A stretch of DNA of 64,000 bases from Escherichia phage JLBYU28. Shown here piece by piece: positions 10,044 through 20,107 of this stretch (within the stretch, counting starts at the first letter, position 1; the number at the start of each line of letters is the position of its first letter). The DNA is taken from the sequence record OK272472.1; one strand, 5' to 3'. Under the pieces are notes generated by a model, which was not told the origin of the DNA, did not search any database, and saw only the letters and a list, made by a program, of their open reading frames with translations. The translations under genes and the position numbers were made by a program.

Positions 10044-10105
10044 TATGGCTCTCCATATGAAAAAGCCCCATACTAAGTACAGGGCTTTAAAGTAACTTTT
10101 AGAGA

Positions 10106-10963
10106 TTAGTCTTCTGTATCGAAGTCTTCATCTTCTTCGTCATCTGGGTCTGGCAAGTCTTCATCGTCACCATCATCAGAATCATTCGAAGGTTTGTGGT
10201 CTTTTGCGTCTTCTTCAGTGATTTCACCGTTGTCTTCAACACCATCAAGACCAAGCATAGCCAGTTCATCTTCATCCAGTTCAGGTTCGCCGTTAGCACC
10301 GTTACCACCAGTGTAAGGTACAAGGGTATCAATGATAAACTGTTCCTGAATAGGTTTTGTCAGAACATTGTTCTCAAAAGTGTAGAAGTGAGTAGAAAGA
10401 ATCACACTACCAAAAGAACCGTTACCAACTGCAATATCTGGATGAATTACATCATAGTTCTTGTCATCTTCATGTTTATCGGATGCTTGAGCTTTAATTT
10501 TCTTCATCGGCTGTTTAACAGCTACACGCTTACCATTTACTTCTTCAATAAGCATAACAGGGAATGACTGTTTAGCTGTCCATACAGCACCGTCTTTATA
10601 AGCTGCTGCACGACTTACTTTCAAGATGTAGTAAGTGTCTGCTTCAAAAGGTGGTTTGCAACCAAACTTCTCTTCGAAGTCATCTGCATCAACTGCTTCA
10701 GTAGTAACTTTATCCCAACCTTCTGGATTTTTCTTAGACTTAGTAAACTCTTTAAACAGCTTGTTACCATCTTCTGCCAGAATTGAAACGCTGTAGTTAC
10801 AATCTTTTCCTGGGAATTTCTTATCAATGGATTTACCTTTTCCCGGACGTGGTGAAGTGTTCAGGTAATAAAACCAGACATCTTTCAGCAGGTAACGCAG
10901 AGTTTGACGTTCAGTACCATTGTACTTCTCTACCGGAGCTTTCATTTTAACAACTTTAGACAT
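10106..10963 (-). CDS. Single-stranded DNA-binding protein-like
   Basis: 285 aa ending in a long acidic tail (DDGDDEDLPDPDDEEDEDFDTED). Confidence 0.5.
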   Translation of the reverse strand: MSKVVKMKAPVEKYNGTERQTLRYLLKDVWFYYLNTSPRPGKGKSIDKKFPGKDCNYSVSILAEDGNKLFKEFTKSKKNPEGWDKVTTEAVDADDFEEKFGCKPPFEADTYYILKVSRAAAYKDGAVWTAKQSFPVMLIEEVNGKRVAVKQPMKKIKAQASDKHEDDKNYDVIHPDIAVGNGSFGSVILSTHFYTFENNVLTKPIQEQFIIDTLVPYTGGNGANGEPELDEDELAMLGLDGVEDNGEITEEDAKDHKPSNDSDDGDDEDLPDPDDEEDEDFDTED

Positions 10964-10999
10964 TATTTAAACCTCTATCTCAATTTATGAAGAGTACCA

Positions 11000-11029
11000 A
11001 TTCTAATTTGTTGATACTCTATTGTCAAA
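11000..11029 (-). promoter_or_regulatory. Sigma70-like promoter for the SSB-like gene
   Basis: Minus sense TTGACA - 18 nt - TAGAAT about 40 nt upstream of the RBS GAGG and ATG at 10963. Confidence 0.45.
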
Positions 11030-11039
11030 TACTAATTAC

Positions 11040-11185
11040 TGGAAGTTGTGCTTATCTTTAGAAGATGCTTTACGTGCAGTTTTTCCAGTTCTTACACGTT
11101 TTTCTTCATAGTATTTTGCTGGTTTTCCAGCAGTGGCTTTTAAGGAATCCCCAAAAACTTTTTCAAATGCTTTAGAGTGTTTCAT
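11040..11185 (-). CDS. Small basic protein (48 aa), translationally coupled to upstream ORF
   Basis: Below the ORF-track size cutoff; ATG overlaps the TGA of the 97-aa ORF (ATGA); MKHSKAFEKVFGDSLKATAGKPAKYYEEKRVRTGKTARKASSKDKHNFQ. Confidence 0.35.
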
Positions 11186-11475
11186 GATATTCTCCGATAT
11201 ACTTGATATTCAAACACATTTTCTTTAATTATAAACAGCCAACCAATATTATGTCGAGGTATAGTAATAGTGACTGTTATCATGCTGTGATGGAACTTTT
11301 CTTCTACCTCAACGCCTCCATCACATTTCATGTAGAGCATTCTATAGAACCTATCAACCTTTGTCAAACACTCTTCCTGAAATTCATTTAAACTTTTTTC
11401 TTCAAAGAAGGGTATGAACCCCTCTCTTTTATAGCTATCACTCAGTTTCAAACGGGCAGTCATCTGCATCCTCAC
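11182..11475 (-). CDS. Hypothetical protein
   Basis: 97-aa ORF immediately downstream of primase-helicase. Confidence 0.4.
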   Translation of the reverse strand: MRMQMTARLKLSDSYKREGFIPFFEEKSLNEFQEECLTKVDRFYRMLYMKCDGGVEVEEKFHHSMITVTITIPRHNIGWLFIIKENVFEYQVYRRIS

Positions 11476-13429
11476 TTAATACAGGTGGAATCGTTGAGCT
11501 TTGACGCTGTTCTTCAGTATAGACTTCACCAGTCTCACGGTCAAACACTTCATCTTCATAATGAGGTAAAGAGTCGTCATAATGGTCTTCAGCTTCACCA
11601 ATACCAAACTGTTGACGGATATTTTCTGCTGCACCATCAATGTCAACACCACATCCAGAAGCTTTGATAAGACGTCCTGTGTCTGGATTGTACCAAGTAT
11701 GGCCAGCAATACCTGTTGACTTACCATGACGACGACACTTAGTTAACTTGATTTTTGTCAAGTTTTTCTTAACAGGGTCTGGGTCAACCTTGTTACGCAT
11801 TAACAGGATGTTGTTCATAGAAATCTGGAAATACGCACCAGAGCCTTTAATATCCTCTTCAGAGATATCCCCACCTTCAGAGTTAGCCTTCTGACCACCT
11901 GCACTCTTACGAACGTGACAGACGTTCACTTGTGCATACTGGTAGCGTTTGCAACGACGCAATAGCTCAGACAAAACTTCCTCTTCATCCGTATCTGAAC
12001 GTGACAGAGCCAACGTAATAGGGTCAAGAATAATAATCTTACAGTCTAAGCTATTAACAAGATAGTCAACAAACTCCAGTAAGTTATCTTGGTCAATTGC
12101 CCCTTGATGGTCTACGATGTGGATACGACGACCTTTAGATAGTTCTGCGTGCGCTCCCTTCAATTCATCCCAATCACGTTCGTCATAAGGAATCTCAGAA
12201 ATCTGCTTGCTCAGGTGGATTGCACAGAGCATCTCCATCAACTCTTCATAGGTATCTTCTACAGGAATTACACCAATATTGTAATCGGTTTCTTTCCAAG
12301 CTGTGTAAATCATTTCACGAGTATATGCTGATTTACCCACTGAAGATGGTGCTGCCAGAGTTGTAATCTCACCTAGTCCATAACCACCATAAGTCAGTCT
12401 GTTCAAATCTCCGAATGATTCTGGGAAAGGAATCAATGGAATCTGACCACGATTCTTCATTGCCTCAAAACCATCTGCGAAGTTCTTGATACCAGCAGGA
12501 CAGTAACGAGGTGCATTGTAGATACGCTGCTTAAATCCTTCCAGAACTGTATCTTTCTCTTTATAGAACTTTGTCCACCATTCGTTAAGGTCTTTTACAC
12601 CTTCTGGATACTGGAATAAACGAACCTTCTCAATAGGCAGGATACCAGCAGCCTCTTTAGTGGCTTTAGCACCTGCTTCATCGTTATCAAAGCACAAGTA
12701 AATCTCATCAAATGATGTAATGTACTGATAGTTATCCTTGATAGACTTGATGTTTGCACCTGATGGAACAGATACGTGACAGTAATTCTTACGACGAGAT
12801 TTGTCCTTAATCGCAAGAGAAGTCATATAGATTGCTGTCGCACATTCCATCTCACCTTCCCAGATGAATAGACGGTTACCACCTTCTGGAGCAATCCATG
12901 AACCGAACATTGCCAGTTCACCTTTAATGTCTCCAACACCACCAGAAAAGTCCTTTAACTTACCACGTAGGTGCTCTTTTGGATGGTCTTCTGGGTAACG
13001 GTGACGAACACGGTAGCCAACATGCTCTAGCTTGCCATCTTCATTGCGTTTGTAAGTTGGGTAGAAATGTGCGTCAATTTCACCGTCACTATCAATGTCA
13101 ACCTTGATACCTAAACGTTCAAGGACTTTTGCAGGAATCTTCCTATCTTTCAAGTCCATTGCTTCTAGGTTTTCTTTTACATCGTCTAAATCCATTCCAC
13201 GGAAAGTACGGTTTTTATTGTCTGAACCAGTAGAATAAGTGCTCACGATTTGTCCTTTATCAAAATCCCACTCTGGGAAACCTTTGTTACAACTAAAGCA
13301 AGTCATCGAATAAGAATCATCGTCATGATGATAGATTGAACCAGCATCTGATGAACCACAACGTGGGCATGCACAATGACCAATAAACTGACCAGCCTCT
13401 TTCAATTTACGACCTTTAGACATTAGCAC
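11438..13429 (-). CDS. DNA primase-helicase (zinc-binding primase domain plus DnaB-like helicase domain)
   Basis: N-terminal CxxC...CxxC (CACPRCGSS...CFSCNKG); C-terminal P-loop GLGEITTLAAPSSVGKSAY. Confidence 0.75.
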   Translation of the reverse strand: MLMSKGRKLKEAGQFIGHCACPRCGSSDAGSIYHHDDDSYSMTCFSCNKGFPEWDFDKGQIVSTYSTGSDNKNRTFRGMDLDDVKENLEAMDLKDRKIPAKVLERLGIKVDIDSDGEIDAHFYPTYKRNEDGKLEHVGYRVRHRYPEDHPKEHLRGKLKDFSGGVGDIKGELAMFGSWIAPEGGNRLFIWEGEMECATAIYMTSLAIKDKSRRKNYCHVSVPSGANIKSIKDNYQYITSFDEIYLCFDNDEAGAKATKEAAGILPIEKVRLFQYPEGVKDLNEWWTKFYKEKDTVLEGFKQRIYNAPRYCPAGIKNFADGFEAMKNRGQIPLIPFPESFGDLNRLTYGGYGLGEITTLAAPSSVGKSAYTREMIYTAWKETDYNIGVIPVEDTYEELMEMLCAIHLSKQISEIPYDERDWDELKGAHAELSKGRRIHIVDHQGAIDQDNLLEFVDYLVNSLDCKIIILDPITLALSRSDTDEEEVLSELLRRCKRYQYAQVNVCHVRKSAGGQKANSEGGDISEEDIKGSGAYFQISMNNILLMRNKVDPDPVKKNLTKIKLTKCRRHGKSTGIAGHTWYNPDTGRLIKASGCGVDIDGAAENIRQQFGIGEAEDHYDDSLPHYEDEVFDRETGEVYTEEQRQSSTIPPVLSEDADDCPFETE

Positions 13430-13616
13430 CTCTTCGTTGTAGTTCCGCCTTCAATCCATTTTCAATCTTGTCCAGTTCATGAATTTCATCTGCAATCTCT
13501 TTCCTTCGTGATTCAACTCTCTTAAGACGTTCAATCATTACCTCATTGGAAAGAGATGAGAGTTCCACTAAACGGTGGTCAATAACTTTAAAATTGTCTT
13601 TTACTCTCATCTTCAT
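13416..13616 (-). CDS. Hypothetical coiled-coil protein
   Basis: 66-aa ORF. Confidence 0.35.
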   Translation of the reverse strand: MKMRVKDNFKVIDHRLVELSSLSNEVMIERLKRVESRRKEIADEIHELDKIENGLKAELQRRGANV

Positions 13617-13624
13617 TCTCTCTT

Positions 13625-14368
13625 TTAAACTTTAATGATGGCTCTTAGCTTGTTCTCAAGGTCTGCAAGAGTACCATTATTATGAATAATGTCACGCTCA
13701 TATTTTGTAGAAATCCCATTTTCTGAAACATGTGATGAAACTTTGTCCACATTGTCTCTTTTTACTTCAATAGTTTGGTGTGCAAATCTACTCAGCCACT
13801 CAGCCTCAGAGTCAAATCTTAAATCACTGATTAAAACAACACCTTCTTGATTTCTAAGTGAGCAAACGTCAAAGAAATTTACCATTCGTTTTTCAAGGTC
13901 TTTAGCCCAGAACTTGTCACCCATAACTTTACGGATAACTTCAGTGCCCCAAATCTGTTGAATTTGTCTTGATGAGAATTTATACTTTTTGCTAAATCCC
14001 AGACGTGTTAATAGGGTCGGTTTAGCAACCTTCTTAAGCTCCATGATTAATCGTCCGGTTAGTTCTGACATAAGCTTAAAATCCATATGGTAACGTTCAC
14101 CTTTGAAGGTAAACTCCATAGCTTCAGTCACTTTGAACATCAGTTCAGGATATGATAAGTCAAAAACCTGCGGAGCCTCTTTAGTTTCACCATACAGGTC
14201 ATTCCAAGTCAGGTCAAATATCCTTGATGCAGATAGCTTAAGGTTGTCTGCATAGGCCATTACTGCAACATTGTAGCCGTACTCATCCTCTAAGATATTC
14301 TTCACAATAGAACACGAGGTGTCTTTTCCAGAACGTGCCTTTCCAGTAAATGCAATAATATTACTCAT
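13625..14368 (-). CDS. Deoxynucleoside monophosphate kinase
   Basis: N-terminal P-loop IIAFTGKARSGKDT, like T4 gp1 dNMP kinase (GVKRSGKDT). Confidence 0.65.
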   Translation of the reverse strand: MSNIIAFTGKARSGKDTSCSIVKNILEDEYGYNVAVMAYADNLKLSASRIFDLTWNDLYGETKEAPQVFDLSYPELMFKVTEAMEFTFKGERYHMDFKLMSELTGRLIMELKKVAKPTLLTRLGFSKKYKFSSRQIQQIWGTEVIRKVMGDKFWAKDLEKRMVNFFDVCSLRNQEGVVLISDLRFDSEAEWLSRFAHQTIEVKRDNVDKVSSHVSENGISTKYERDIIHNNGTLADLENKLRAIIKV

Positions 14369-14419
14369 TTTAACTCCCTTAATTACTAAAAAGCCCCCAA
14401 CTAAGGAGGCTTGTAAAAT

Positions 14420-15229
14420 TTATAAAGACTTAGTGCAGTTGCTCAGCAGACTCTTTTCAGCCATAGCTGAGAGTTGCTTCACAAAATCATCACCGAAGTT
14501 AATGCGTAGTTTCTCTTCAATGATGGAAGCACCAATGTTCACCAAAACATCATTGATTGCTTGCATACTAACACCACCAGTCATCTCCTCAATGAACTCA
14601 ATACTCACACCCATCATCTGTGACAGTTGGACTAGCGCAACGATATTCATCATCGTAGAGATAGTTGGAATCATCAGTGCAACTTTCACCTGAAGTGGTT
14701 CGATGTCAGCTACAGAGTCATTCTCAACAGCTTCTTCCAAAGACTCTTTGGTTTGCTGGATAATCTCTTTGATTCGTGGGTTTAATTCTTCTACGCCCCA
14801 ATCAAGTTTTTCATATCGTGAAAGTTTCTCTTCCATTCGCTTCTCAAGAACAGCCATAACAGCACTCGTTGATGAGATAAGCGTATCAACAATGAAATCA
14901 GTGTCCTTAGTCAGCAACAGTTCCTTATCTTCGTCTGACATTCTGATATAGTCATTCTTTTGCATTTCATAAAAAATGAACTCAGCAAGTGCATCAACAC
15001 CAACCGCAATAGATGCCAGAGCAAGTGTAGTGTCTGTCAACAACATTTTAACCTGTTCTGCAAAAGCACCGTTATCGGACTTATCTTCAGGCAAGTTGTA
15101 GCTTGCAGGCATAAACTGTTCTGTGTAGTTATTTCCACGAAGAATCATAGCCATGCTTTCTACGGCATTGATTAAGAATGCTACATCAACACCTTTCTCT
15201 TCAAGCATCTGTTCCACATTGATATTCAT
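14420..15229 (-). CDS. Hypothetical protein
   Basis: 269-aa ORF. Confidence 0.5.
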   Translation of the reverse strand: MNINVEQMLEEKGVDVAFLINAVESMAMILRGNNYTEQFMPASYNLPEDKSDNGAFAEQVKMLLTDTTLALASIAVGVDALAEFIFYEMQKNDYIRMSDEDKELLLTKDTDFIVDTLISSTSAVMAVLEKRMEEKLSRYEKLDWGVEELNPRIKEIIQQTKESLEEAVENDSVADIEPLQVKVALMIPTISTMMNIVALVQLSQMMGVSIEFIEEMTGGVSMQAINDVLVNIGASIIEEKLRINFGDDFVKQLSAMAEKSLLSNCTKSL

Positions 15230-15230
15230 A

Positions 15231-15653
15231 TTATTTCTCTCTCAGTTGGTTAAGTTTCTTTCTAGAACATTTTAAGTTTTCGGATGAAGAAAAGTCAAGT
15301 GTCTTTTCAGAACGTGGATAATAGTGCCTATCCCAAGAAGTTTCAACATCGTTAATCAGTGACGCTAGATTACACAGGTCTGTACCACTTTGCAACCTCT
15401 TTTTAAGAGAATCTAGTAAAGCAACTGTGTCTTTAGCTTTACGCCTCGCTGTAGCAACATCTTTCATATGCTCAAATACAGAGCATTTTAAGTCATCTTC
15501 ATAGTTTTCAGACAACTCTATTTCATGTTGTATATCAACCATTCTCCTGTGATGGTGAGCATACTCCCGTTGAGCAGCAATGTCAAGTTCTTCCAACTTC
15601 TGCAAAGCCCTAACAAAGTCAGCTATGTCTGGGTGAACAAACATTTTCTGCAT
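15231..15653 (-). CDS. Hypothetical protein
   Basis: 140-aa ORF, first gene of the minus-strand block. Confidence 0.5.
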   Translation of the reverse strand: MQKMFVHPDIADFVRALQKLEELDIAAQREYAHHHRRMVDIQHEIELSENYEDDLKCSVFEHMKDVATARRKAKDTVALLDSLKKRLQSGTDLCNLASLINDVETSWDRHYYPRSEKTLDFSSSENLKCSRKKLNQLREK

Positions 15654-15697
15654 GTAAGCCTCTTTTAAGTAACTATTAAGTTTTAATCTTTTATCTT

Positions 15698-15714
15698 AAC
15701 GTATACTATACGTT
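15698..15714. promoter_or_regulatory. 17-bp palindrome (operator-like) in divergent intergenic region
   Basis: AACGTATA-C-TATACGTT, 8-bp perfect arms. Confidence 0.35.
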
Positions 15715-15827
15715 ATACTTTAAAGCTTTTTAAAAGCTATTAAATAATCTTTTAAGAGTTTTAAAGTATCTGTATAGTTAAACTGTTAAGTAACCTTTTA
15801 AGTAAAAACCCACTTCGCAAAGATTAA

Positions 15828-15851
15828 CACCTTGTCAAGTACATTGTCAAC
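15828..15851 (-). promoter_or_regulatory. Tandem TTGACAAGGTG / TTGACAATGTAC promoter-like motif
   Basis: Plus strand CACCTTGTCAAGTACATTGTCAAC; minus sense gives two -35-like TTGACA hexamers; near-identical copy at 56197-56220. Confidence 0.45.
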
Positions 15852-15910
15852 TTGCTTTTTATAATTTTTTGCAGTAATGTATGTGGTTAATGATTTTAGA
15901 GGGAGTAAAA

Positions 15911-18053
15911 ATGGAAAACGTAGATTTTAAAAACTTACATTTAGTTGGTGATACAGAAACTGATGGTTTACTCCTTGAGTTCACTAAAGTTCACGTAATG
16001 GCCTTTGCAGACTATAAATCTGACGATGAAGAGCCACCTGTATGGGTCTTTACAGATGAGCCTATCCTCGGTCACAAGTACACCAAGTACATTAAGGGTG
16101 GCTTACGTGAAGGTATTGAGTTTGCGTTAAAGGCAAAACGTCTTTGCATCCACAACGGTCTCGGTTATGACTGGTGGGTTTTCAATCACATTGCACCTGA
16201 TTTATGGAACTTTGATAATCCAAAGTGTAAACCGTGGAGTAATTTCTTTCAGGATTCTCTTATCCAGTCTCGTGTTCAGTGGATGGATAGACCAACTCCA
16301 AAGGGTTATAAAGGTGCTCATGGTTTGGCTGCATGGGGTGCTCGTGTTGGTGTTCGTAAACCAGAGATTGAACATTGGGGTGTATGGAATGCAGAAATCT
16401 TCACTCGTGTTGTAGAAGATATACGTATTAACGCCAAAACTAAACGTGCACTTGATAACGAGTATCTCAAGCTTAAGAAGTGTGGCATAGACACTTATGA
16501 AACCTACATGCGAGCTAAAGAGACATCTTTCTGGATGAGCCAGCAAGCTATTAATGGCTGGAAAGCTGATAAAGAGCTTATGGAGTTCCATGTAAAGGAA
16601 CTTGACAAGTTGACTAATGAGCTTGCTTCAGAGGTTGAACCACATCTACCTCCAACTATTAAGACCAAAGGTAAAGTCACTGGAGAAGAGTTTGCAAAAG
16701 CTTGGAATGAGTATGTTGAAACATTTGGTCATGCAGATGGACTGAAGAGGATTACCAAGTATCCTAAGACAAAGTATCGTCAACAGGTGCGTAACGGTGA
16801 GATGCAGACATACGAAATCAAGCCATTTGGTAAGCCAACTACAAAGATTTTTAACATTGAAAAGAGAAATTGCTATACACCAACCAACTCTGTAACTGGT
16901 GAAGAGTACAAGGAAGGTTTTGTAGCAATGAAGGATGCTCGTGCAATTTGCAATGAGTTGAATGCAAAGATTGGTAAGAAATGCAAAGACTGGAAGCCAG
17001 TAAAAACAGTCAAAACTGTGAAGTACTATAACAGCCACGTTGTTAACCACTTTGAACTTGAGTCAAGTCGCTACACAGGATTGATTGATGCACCATATAC
17101 ACCAATTGAGTTTGAAGTTTCTCGTATGACTCAGGTAGCAGTTGTAAAAGACTACTTGAAATCAGTTGGTTGGATTCCAGATGACTGGAACTACAAGAAA
17201 GACTCAGACGGTCGCCCTGTCAAAGTTTGTCGTTTCAAAGACAATAAAAAGATGATTACAAAACATCCTAAGTGGCAGGAGATGGTTGAGCGGTGTGGTT
17301 TGAGCTATGTTGAGCACGAAGGTGTACAGTATATCGAGCATAACTGGTCTGTGAAGAAGTACACAGATTTGCTTGAATCTTGCTTAATCCGTACTTCACC
17401 AAAACTTACTGAGTCATCTTATGATACGATTGAAGGTGAACTTGGACAGAAGATTGCAAAGTACTATACTTTGATGCACCGACGCAGAACTATTGAGAAC
17501 TCAAAGGATGATGAAAAAGGTTGGTTGAACCAGATTCGTCCTGATGGTCGCCTTAGTGCTGGTGCAATGGTGTTTGGTACTTCAACTGGACGTATGACAC
17601 AATATGGTATTGTAAACGTACCGTCTGGTGCTGCTGTCTATGGAGCACCTATGAGGGAGGTTTGGATTTGCGAGGAAGGGACTAATATCGTTTCAGTTGA
17701 CCAGAACTCTGCACAGCTTGTTTTACTGTGTAACTTTATGGGTGATAAAGAGTTCACTAAAGCGGTAACTGAAGGTAAAGAGTCAGTAGAATTTACCAAG
17801 CGAGAAGATGGGAGGTATTATTGCAAACATCTTGATAAGTACCTTAATCCAGAAACTGATAAGTATCTTCGTTATGATGCTGAGAATGACCTCTATGAAG
17901 TCTACACAGGGACTGATGCGCATACACTGAATAGTATTTACTTTGGTCTTAACAAAGAAGAGGATATTGTTCATTGCAGGGAGACACAGGATGAGGAACT
18001 TCTCCACGAGATTACAAAAGGTCGTAAGAAAGCCAAAAATGGCATTTATGCGT
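15911..18053 (+). CDS. DNA polymerase family A, exon 1 (3'-5' exonuclease and most of polymerase domain)
   Basis: RBS GAGGGAG before ATG 15911; Exo I motif HLVGDTETDGL; ends inside motif B (RKKAKNGIYA). Confidence 0.8.
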
Positions 18054-18321
18054 CAGTGGCGCATGTAAAACGTTGTGAATTGCTGGAAGCCTAAGTCTGT
18101 AAAGATATGGTAATCAGCAGCGAAGCCTCTTAAGAGGAACGTTCAGAGACTATCGAAAAGCATACTTAATGTATGAACTGAGTAGAGTAGGGTGGTAAGC
18201 TAATGACCATTCCCAAGTGCAACGGTAGTATTACTACTACGTGATATAGTCCGACACTCCGTAGAAATGCGGAGAAGTTCATAAGAGAACTGGTACACCT
18301 TGCGAGTGTATTGACCAGATG
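18054..18321 (+). ncRNA. Group I self-splicing intron in DNA polymerase gene (no internal ORF)
   Basis: R element GTTCAGAGACTATCG (18141-18155) and S element GATATAGTCCGAC (18243-18255) form the P7 pairing GACUA/UAGUC; exon 1 ends in U, intron ends in G; splicing gives IYALLFGAGDEK, matching T7 DNA polymerase motif B IYGFLYGAGDEK. Confidence 0.8.
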
Positions 18322-18878
18322 TATTGTTCGGTGCAGGTGATGAGAAGTTTGCCAAAACCATTAAGGCAGCTTCTACAGAAGAAGGTGCATTGACTAAGCA
18401 GACCTACTATATGCGTCTGCCAAAGATTAAGAAGTTACTTGATAGCTTAGAAGCCGATTTTAAGGCGTCTAAAAAGGCTCTGGAAGAGGTTTTTGGGAAG
18501 AATTCTTCAATTGCTAAAGGTGGTTATATCAGGGTTGCTGGAGCATGGATATGGTGCAAATCTCCACATAAACTACTGAACTACCTCCTGATGAGTTCGG
18601 AAGCACAGATTCAGAATGAGGCCATCAACCTAGCAGCAAGAAAAGCCTGTGAAGATGGCCTGACAAAACTGAATGCTCGAAAACCAGCTATCGGAGCAAG
18701 GTTACTTCTGGCATATCACGATGAAAATAGTTGGGAATGTCCAGAGGGTATGACACATGATATGAAAGCAATTGCTGACTGGATGTATGGACAAGCTTCA
18801 AAAAACTTAGGTTTGAGGAAAGAAACACTTGTAACTGGTACAGCAAAGGTTGGTAAGTCGTGGTATGAGGTACATTGA
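18322..18878 (+). CDS. DNA polymerase family A, exon 2 (rest of motif B, motif C and C-terminus)
   Basis: Begins LFGAGDEKFAK; contains motif C LLLAYHDENSWE. Confidence 0.8.
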
Positions 18879-18881
18879 TTA

Positions 18882-19415
18882 ATGGATTTTATTTCACAAA
18901 AACGTTTAAAGGAGCTACTACACTATGACCCCGAAACAGGGGTCTTTACTTGGCTTCGTAGAGAAGGTAAATCAAGAGCTGTTAGTGTTTTTAACAGTAA
19001 CTATGCAGGAAAGGTAGCAGGTAATGTTCAGACAGATTCAACTGGTCATAAACAGATTAGTATCTATTTTGACAAGAAAGCACATAAAGCACACAGACTC
19101 GCATGGCTTTATGTATATGGCAAGATGCCAAAAGGTATCATTGACCATATCAACGGAGACTCTCTTGACAACAGGATTGTAAACTTAAGGGAAGCAGATG
19201 ATTTTCAAAGTGCTTGGAATAAAGGTAAACCAGTCACCAATAAATCTGGGTACAAAGGTGTAAGTCTTAAGAAGAAGTCTGGTAAGTGGGTCGCACAGAT
19301 AAGTTATAAAGGTAAGAAGATGTTTTTAGGTCACCATGACACGCCTGAAGAAGCCCATAAAGATTACTGTGAAGCTGCTATGAAACTCCACGGAGAGTTT
19401 GCAAAACTAAGTTGA
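18882..19415 (+). CDS. HNH homing endonuclease with AP2-type DNA-binding domain
   Basis: HNH motif IDHINGDSLDNRIVNLR; AP2-like GYKGVSLKKKSGKWVAQISYKGKKMFLGHHDTPEEAHKDY; starts 4 nt after the polymerase stop. Confidence 0.7.
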   Translation: MDFISQKRLKELLHYDPETGVFTWLRREGKSRAVSVFNSNYAGKVAGNVQTDSTGHKQISIYFDKKAHKAHRLAWLYVYGKMPKGIIDHINGDSLDNRIVNLREADDFQSAWNKGKPVTNKSGYKGVSLKKKSGKWVAQISYKGKKMFLGHHDTPEEAHKDYCEAAMKLHGEFAKLS

Positions 19416-19422
19416 CAAGGTG
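19411..19422 (+). promoter_or_regulatory. TTGACAAGGTG promoter-like motif, plus orientation
   Basis: GTTGACAAGGTG upstream of the small-gene array starting 19467. Confidence 0.35.
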
Positions 19423-19466
19423 CTCAGGGAAGAGTACCTTATACTACATCTTGTATAGGAGGGCTT

Positions 19467-19676
19467 ATGAGCCACCGTGGAAGAACCCATGCAGCGATGA
19501 TGAAAGGTGCTTCAAAGGAAACTATCAAGAATCGTAAGCAGAAGTTGTTTGAGAGAATGAACAGGTTAATTGACAATTCATCTCTTTCAGGTTCTGAGAA
19601 GGTTTTCTTGAAAGGTAATCTGAAAAGTATTGCACAAGAACTTATTGACATTGAATATTGGAGACATCAAAAATGA
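19467..19676 (+). CDS. Hypothetical protein
   Basis: 69-aa ORF. Confidence 0.4.
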   Translation: MSHRGRTHAAMMKGASKETIKNRKQKLFERMNRLIDNSSLSGSEKVFLKGNLKSIAQELIDIEYWRHQK

Positions 19677-19891
19677 CACTTGCAGACGTTATTCAGCAAC
19701 TTCACGACAATTGCTATACTCCAGAGTTGATTCAGGAGATGTCCATTGTAGTGATGCCTAGTAAGTTCTTAAAAGGTTTTAATCGTGAGGCTTTAAGGTC
19801 TGCGCATATCCTTATTGTTGAAGGGAAGATTGCAAAAGACCGTACCGGAGTCCTTAAGGGTGAACGTATTGATATTGACTTAGCTTTTTAA
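19658..19891 (+). CDS. Hypothetical protein (likely start at ATG 19673, coupled via ATGA overlap)
   Basis: 77-aa track ORF; internal Met codon overlaps the upstream stop. Confidence 0.4.
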   Translation: METSKMTLADVIQQLHDNCYTPELIQEMSIVVMPSKFLKGFNREALRSAHILIVEGKIAKDRTGVLKGERIDIDLAF

Positions 19892-19900
19892 GGGAAAACT

Positions 19901-20107
19901 ATGGAAGTCTTAGTAAACTATATCTATTGTTATGATGTTGTTCACTCCACTACAACCGTAGCTCAACGTAACCCAATCGTCCCACGAGAAGGTGAGTTTG
20001 TTCGCATTGATGGTTGTACTTACACTGTGGAAAGCATCATTCATAAGTTTGATGTTGCTGGTGATGTTCAAGTTATCGACGTAGAGATTGGTGGTAAGAG
20101 AAAATGA
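19901..20107 (+). CDS. Hypothetical protein
   Basis: 68-aa ORF. Confidence 0.4.
   Translation: MEVLVNYIYCYDVVHSTTTVAQRNPIVPREGEFVRIDGCTYTVESIIHKFDVAGDVQVIDVEIGGKRK

Noticed and set aside
10050-10085. Hairpin AGCCC..GGGCT with T-run as terminator after the SSB-like gene
   Set aside because: Only a 5-bp stem with a 13-nt loop; too weak to call.
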